The notes under the pieces are model-generated. The model did not search any database. It was not told the DNA's origin and was given only the letters and a program-made list of their open reading frames with translations. A stretch of DNA of 63,928 bases, filler included, from Octopus bimaculoides (Eukaryota): NCBI RefSeq assembly GCF_001194135.2. It is 6 parts of 5 records of this genome, joined end to end, with 100 filler letters (N's around TTAATTAATTAA, not from the genome) between each part and the next. Parts side by side here need not be neighbours in the genome. Positions count along the whole stretch, not along the records: positions 61,745 to 63,928 come from NC_068987.1; 5 more parts are not named here. One strand, given 5' to 3'. Shown here in pieces: positions 62,541 through 63,928 of this stretch. Position numbers and translations under genes: made by a program. Position 1 is the stretch's first letter. Every line of letters starts with the position of its first letter.

Positions 62541-63665
62541 TTCGCCTTAAATAGATCAACTCATATCCAACAAATTTGTCTCGGTCCAGTTTCTCTTTGA
62601 GNNNNNNNNNNNNNNNNNNNNNNNNNNNNNNNNNNNNNNNNNNNNNNNNNNNNNNNNNNNNNNNNNNNNNNNNNNNNNNNNNNNNNNNNNNNNNNNNNNN
62701 NNNNNNNNNNNNNNNNNNNNNNNNNNNNNNNNNNNNNNNNNNNNNNNNNNNNNNNNNNNNNNNNNNNNNNNNNNNNNNNNNNNNNNNNNNNNNNNNNNNN
62801 NNNNNNNNNNNNNNNNNNNNNNNNNNNNNNNNNNNNNNNNNNNNNNNNNNNNNNNNNNNNNNNNNNNNNNNNNNNNNNNNNNNNNNNNNNNNNNNNNNNN
62901 NNNNNNNNNNNNNNNNNNNNNNNNNNNNNNNNNNNNNNNNNNNNNNNNNNNNNNNNNNNNNNNNNNNNNNNNNNNNNNNNNNNNNNNNNNNNNNNNNNNN
63001 NNNNNNNNNNNNNNNNNNNNNNNNNNNNNNNNNNNNNNNNNNNNNNNNNNNNNNNNNNNNNNNNNNNNNNNNNNNNNNNNNNNNNNNNNNNNNNNNNNNN
63101 NNNNNNNNNNNNNNNNNNNNNNNNNNNNNNNNNNNNNNNNNNNNNNNNNNNNNNNNNNNNNNNNNNNNNNNNNNNNNNNNNNNNNNNNNNNNNNNNNNNN
63201 NNNNNNNNNNAATATTTCACATACACATACATGTATCACTCACATACATACTTTTCTTTGTATGACGGCCTGTCTTTGATTATGTTCTTATATGTCGCAT
63301 TCACACTCTCACACAGACATACATCTTTAACGCTACAATAAATATCTCTGTTGTTCATCTTATACGGTTGTGGTCTTTCATTACTGGTCATCTATGTTAT
63401 CGTCGCATAACATATCATGTATATCATATTTGATATATATTTTTTGTGTTCGACCGTGTGACACGTGTAAATAAAAGGAGTCCTCTGTTTTTCCATCCGT
63501 CACCATTTCTCCTTTTATGAGTTCGCACGGTCGTTCCCTTACACATACATCAGTCAGATTCACGCATATACACGTACAAAGTATGTGTGTGCGTTTGTGT
63601 CTGAGTGTATCTTTTACTTCATTAGCTTGCGAGCATGTTGGGGCATCGCCTTGGAGTGTCTAGTC

Positions 63666-63735
63666 CAGGGGTTCTCAACAAGGATCCATACCGACCCTAG
63701 GATCCATATAAGACTTTTGTGGGTCCACGGATGCT
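63666..63735 (+). mobile_element. hAT-type MITE left terminus followed by a partial SINE A (-, ~63745-63860)
   Basis: CAGGGGTTCTCAAC...GGATCCATATAAGACTTTTG, homologous to 40325-40380. Confidence 0.55.
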
Positions 63736-63875
63736 ATGCTTTCGTAGGCCCGAGGCTATAGCAGAACACCTTCGCCTAAAATGCTACACAGTGGGACTGA
63801 ACCCAAGATCACATATTTCAGAAGCAAGCTTCCTCATCACTCAGCCATGCCTGCACCTATATATATAGATGTGCG

Positions 63876-63928
<53 letters not shown>

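Overview
AT-rich, microsatellite-dense, gap-rich eukaryotic non-coding DNA. The SINE repertoire, simple-repeat load and divergent 28S sequence suggest an octopus-like cephalopod (inference from recall, not a database hit). No intact host protein-coding gene is supportable; nearly all long ORFs are artefacts of N-runs or microsatellites. The window is a layered graveyard of mobile elements: Penelope-like retroelements (PLEs) of two types (Penelope/Poseidon-type and Naiad-type), RTE, Tx1/L1 and R4/Dong-type LINE relics, mariner, two hAT transposases, a Helitron fragment, several MITEs, at least four SINE-like families and a 28S rRNA fragment. Highlights: (i) a Penelope 3' terminal module fusing a tRNA-like Pol III promoter, an (AAT)n tract and a minimal hammerhead ribozyme, present three times and once as an ORF-less palindrome; (ii) further independent hammerhead motifs; (iii) an RTE LINE with a 5' inversion breaking inside its FADD catalytic motif (twin-priming signature); (iv) a mariner with two different 5' ends; (v) a permuted Helitron junction; (vi) a spliced hAT transposase. 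Five 44N-TTAATTAATTAA-44N blocks are scaffold-join markers, so adjacency across them is unreliable. Repeat boundaries are approximate (read by eye).
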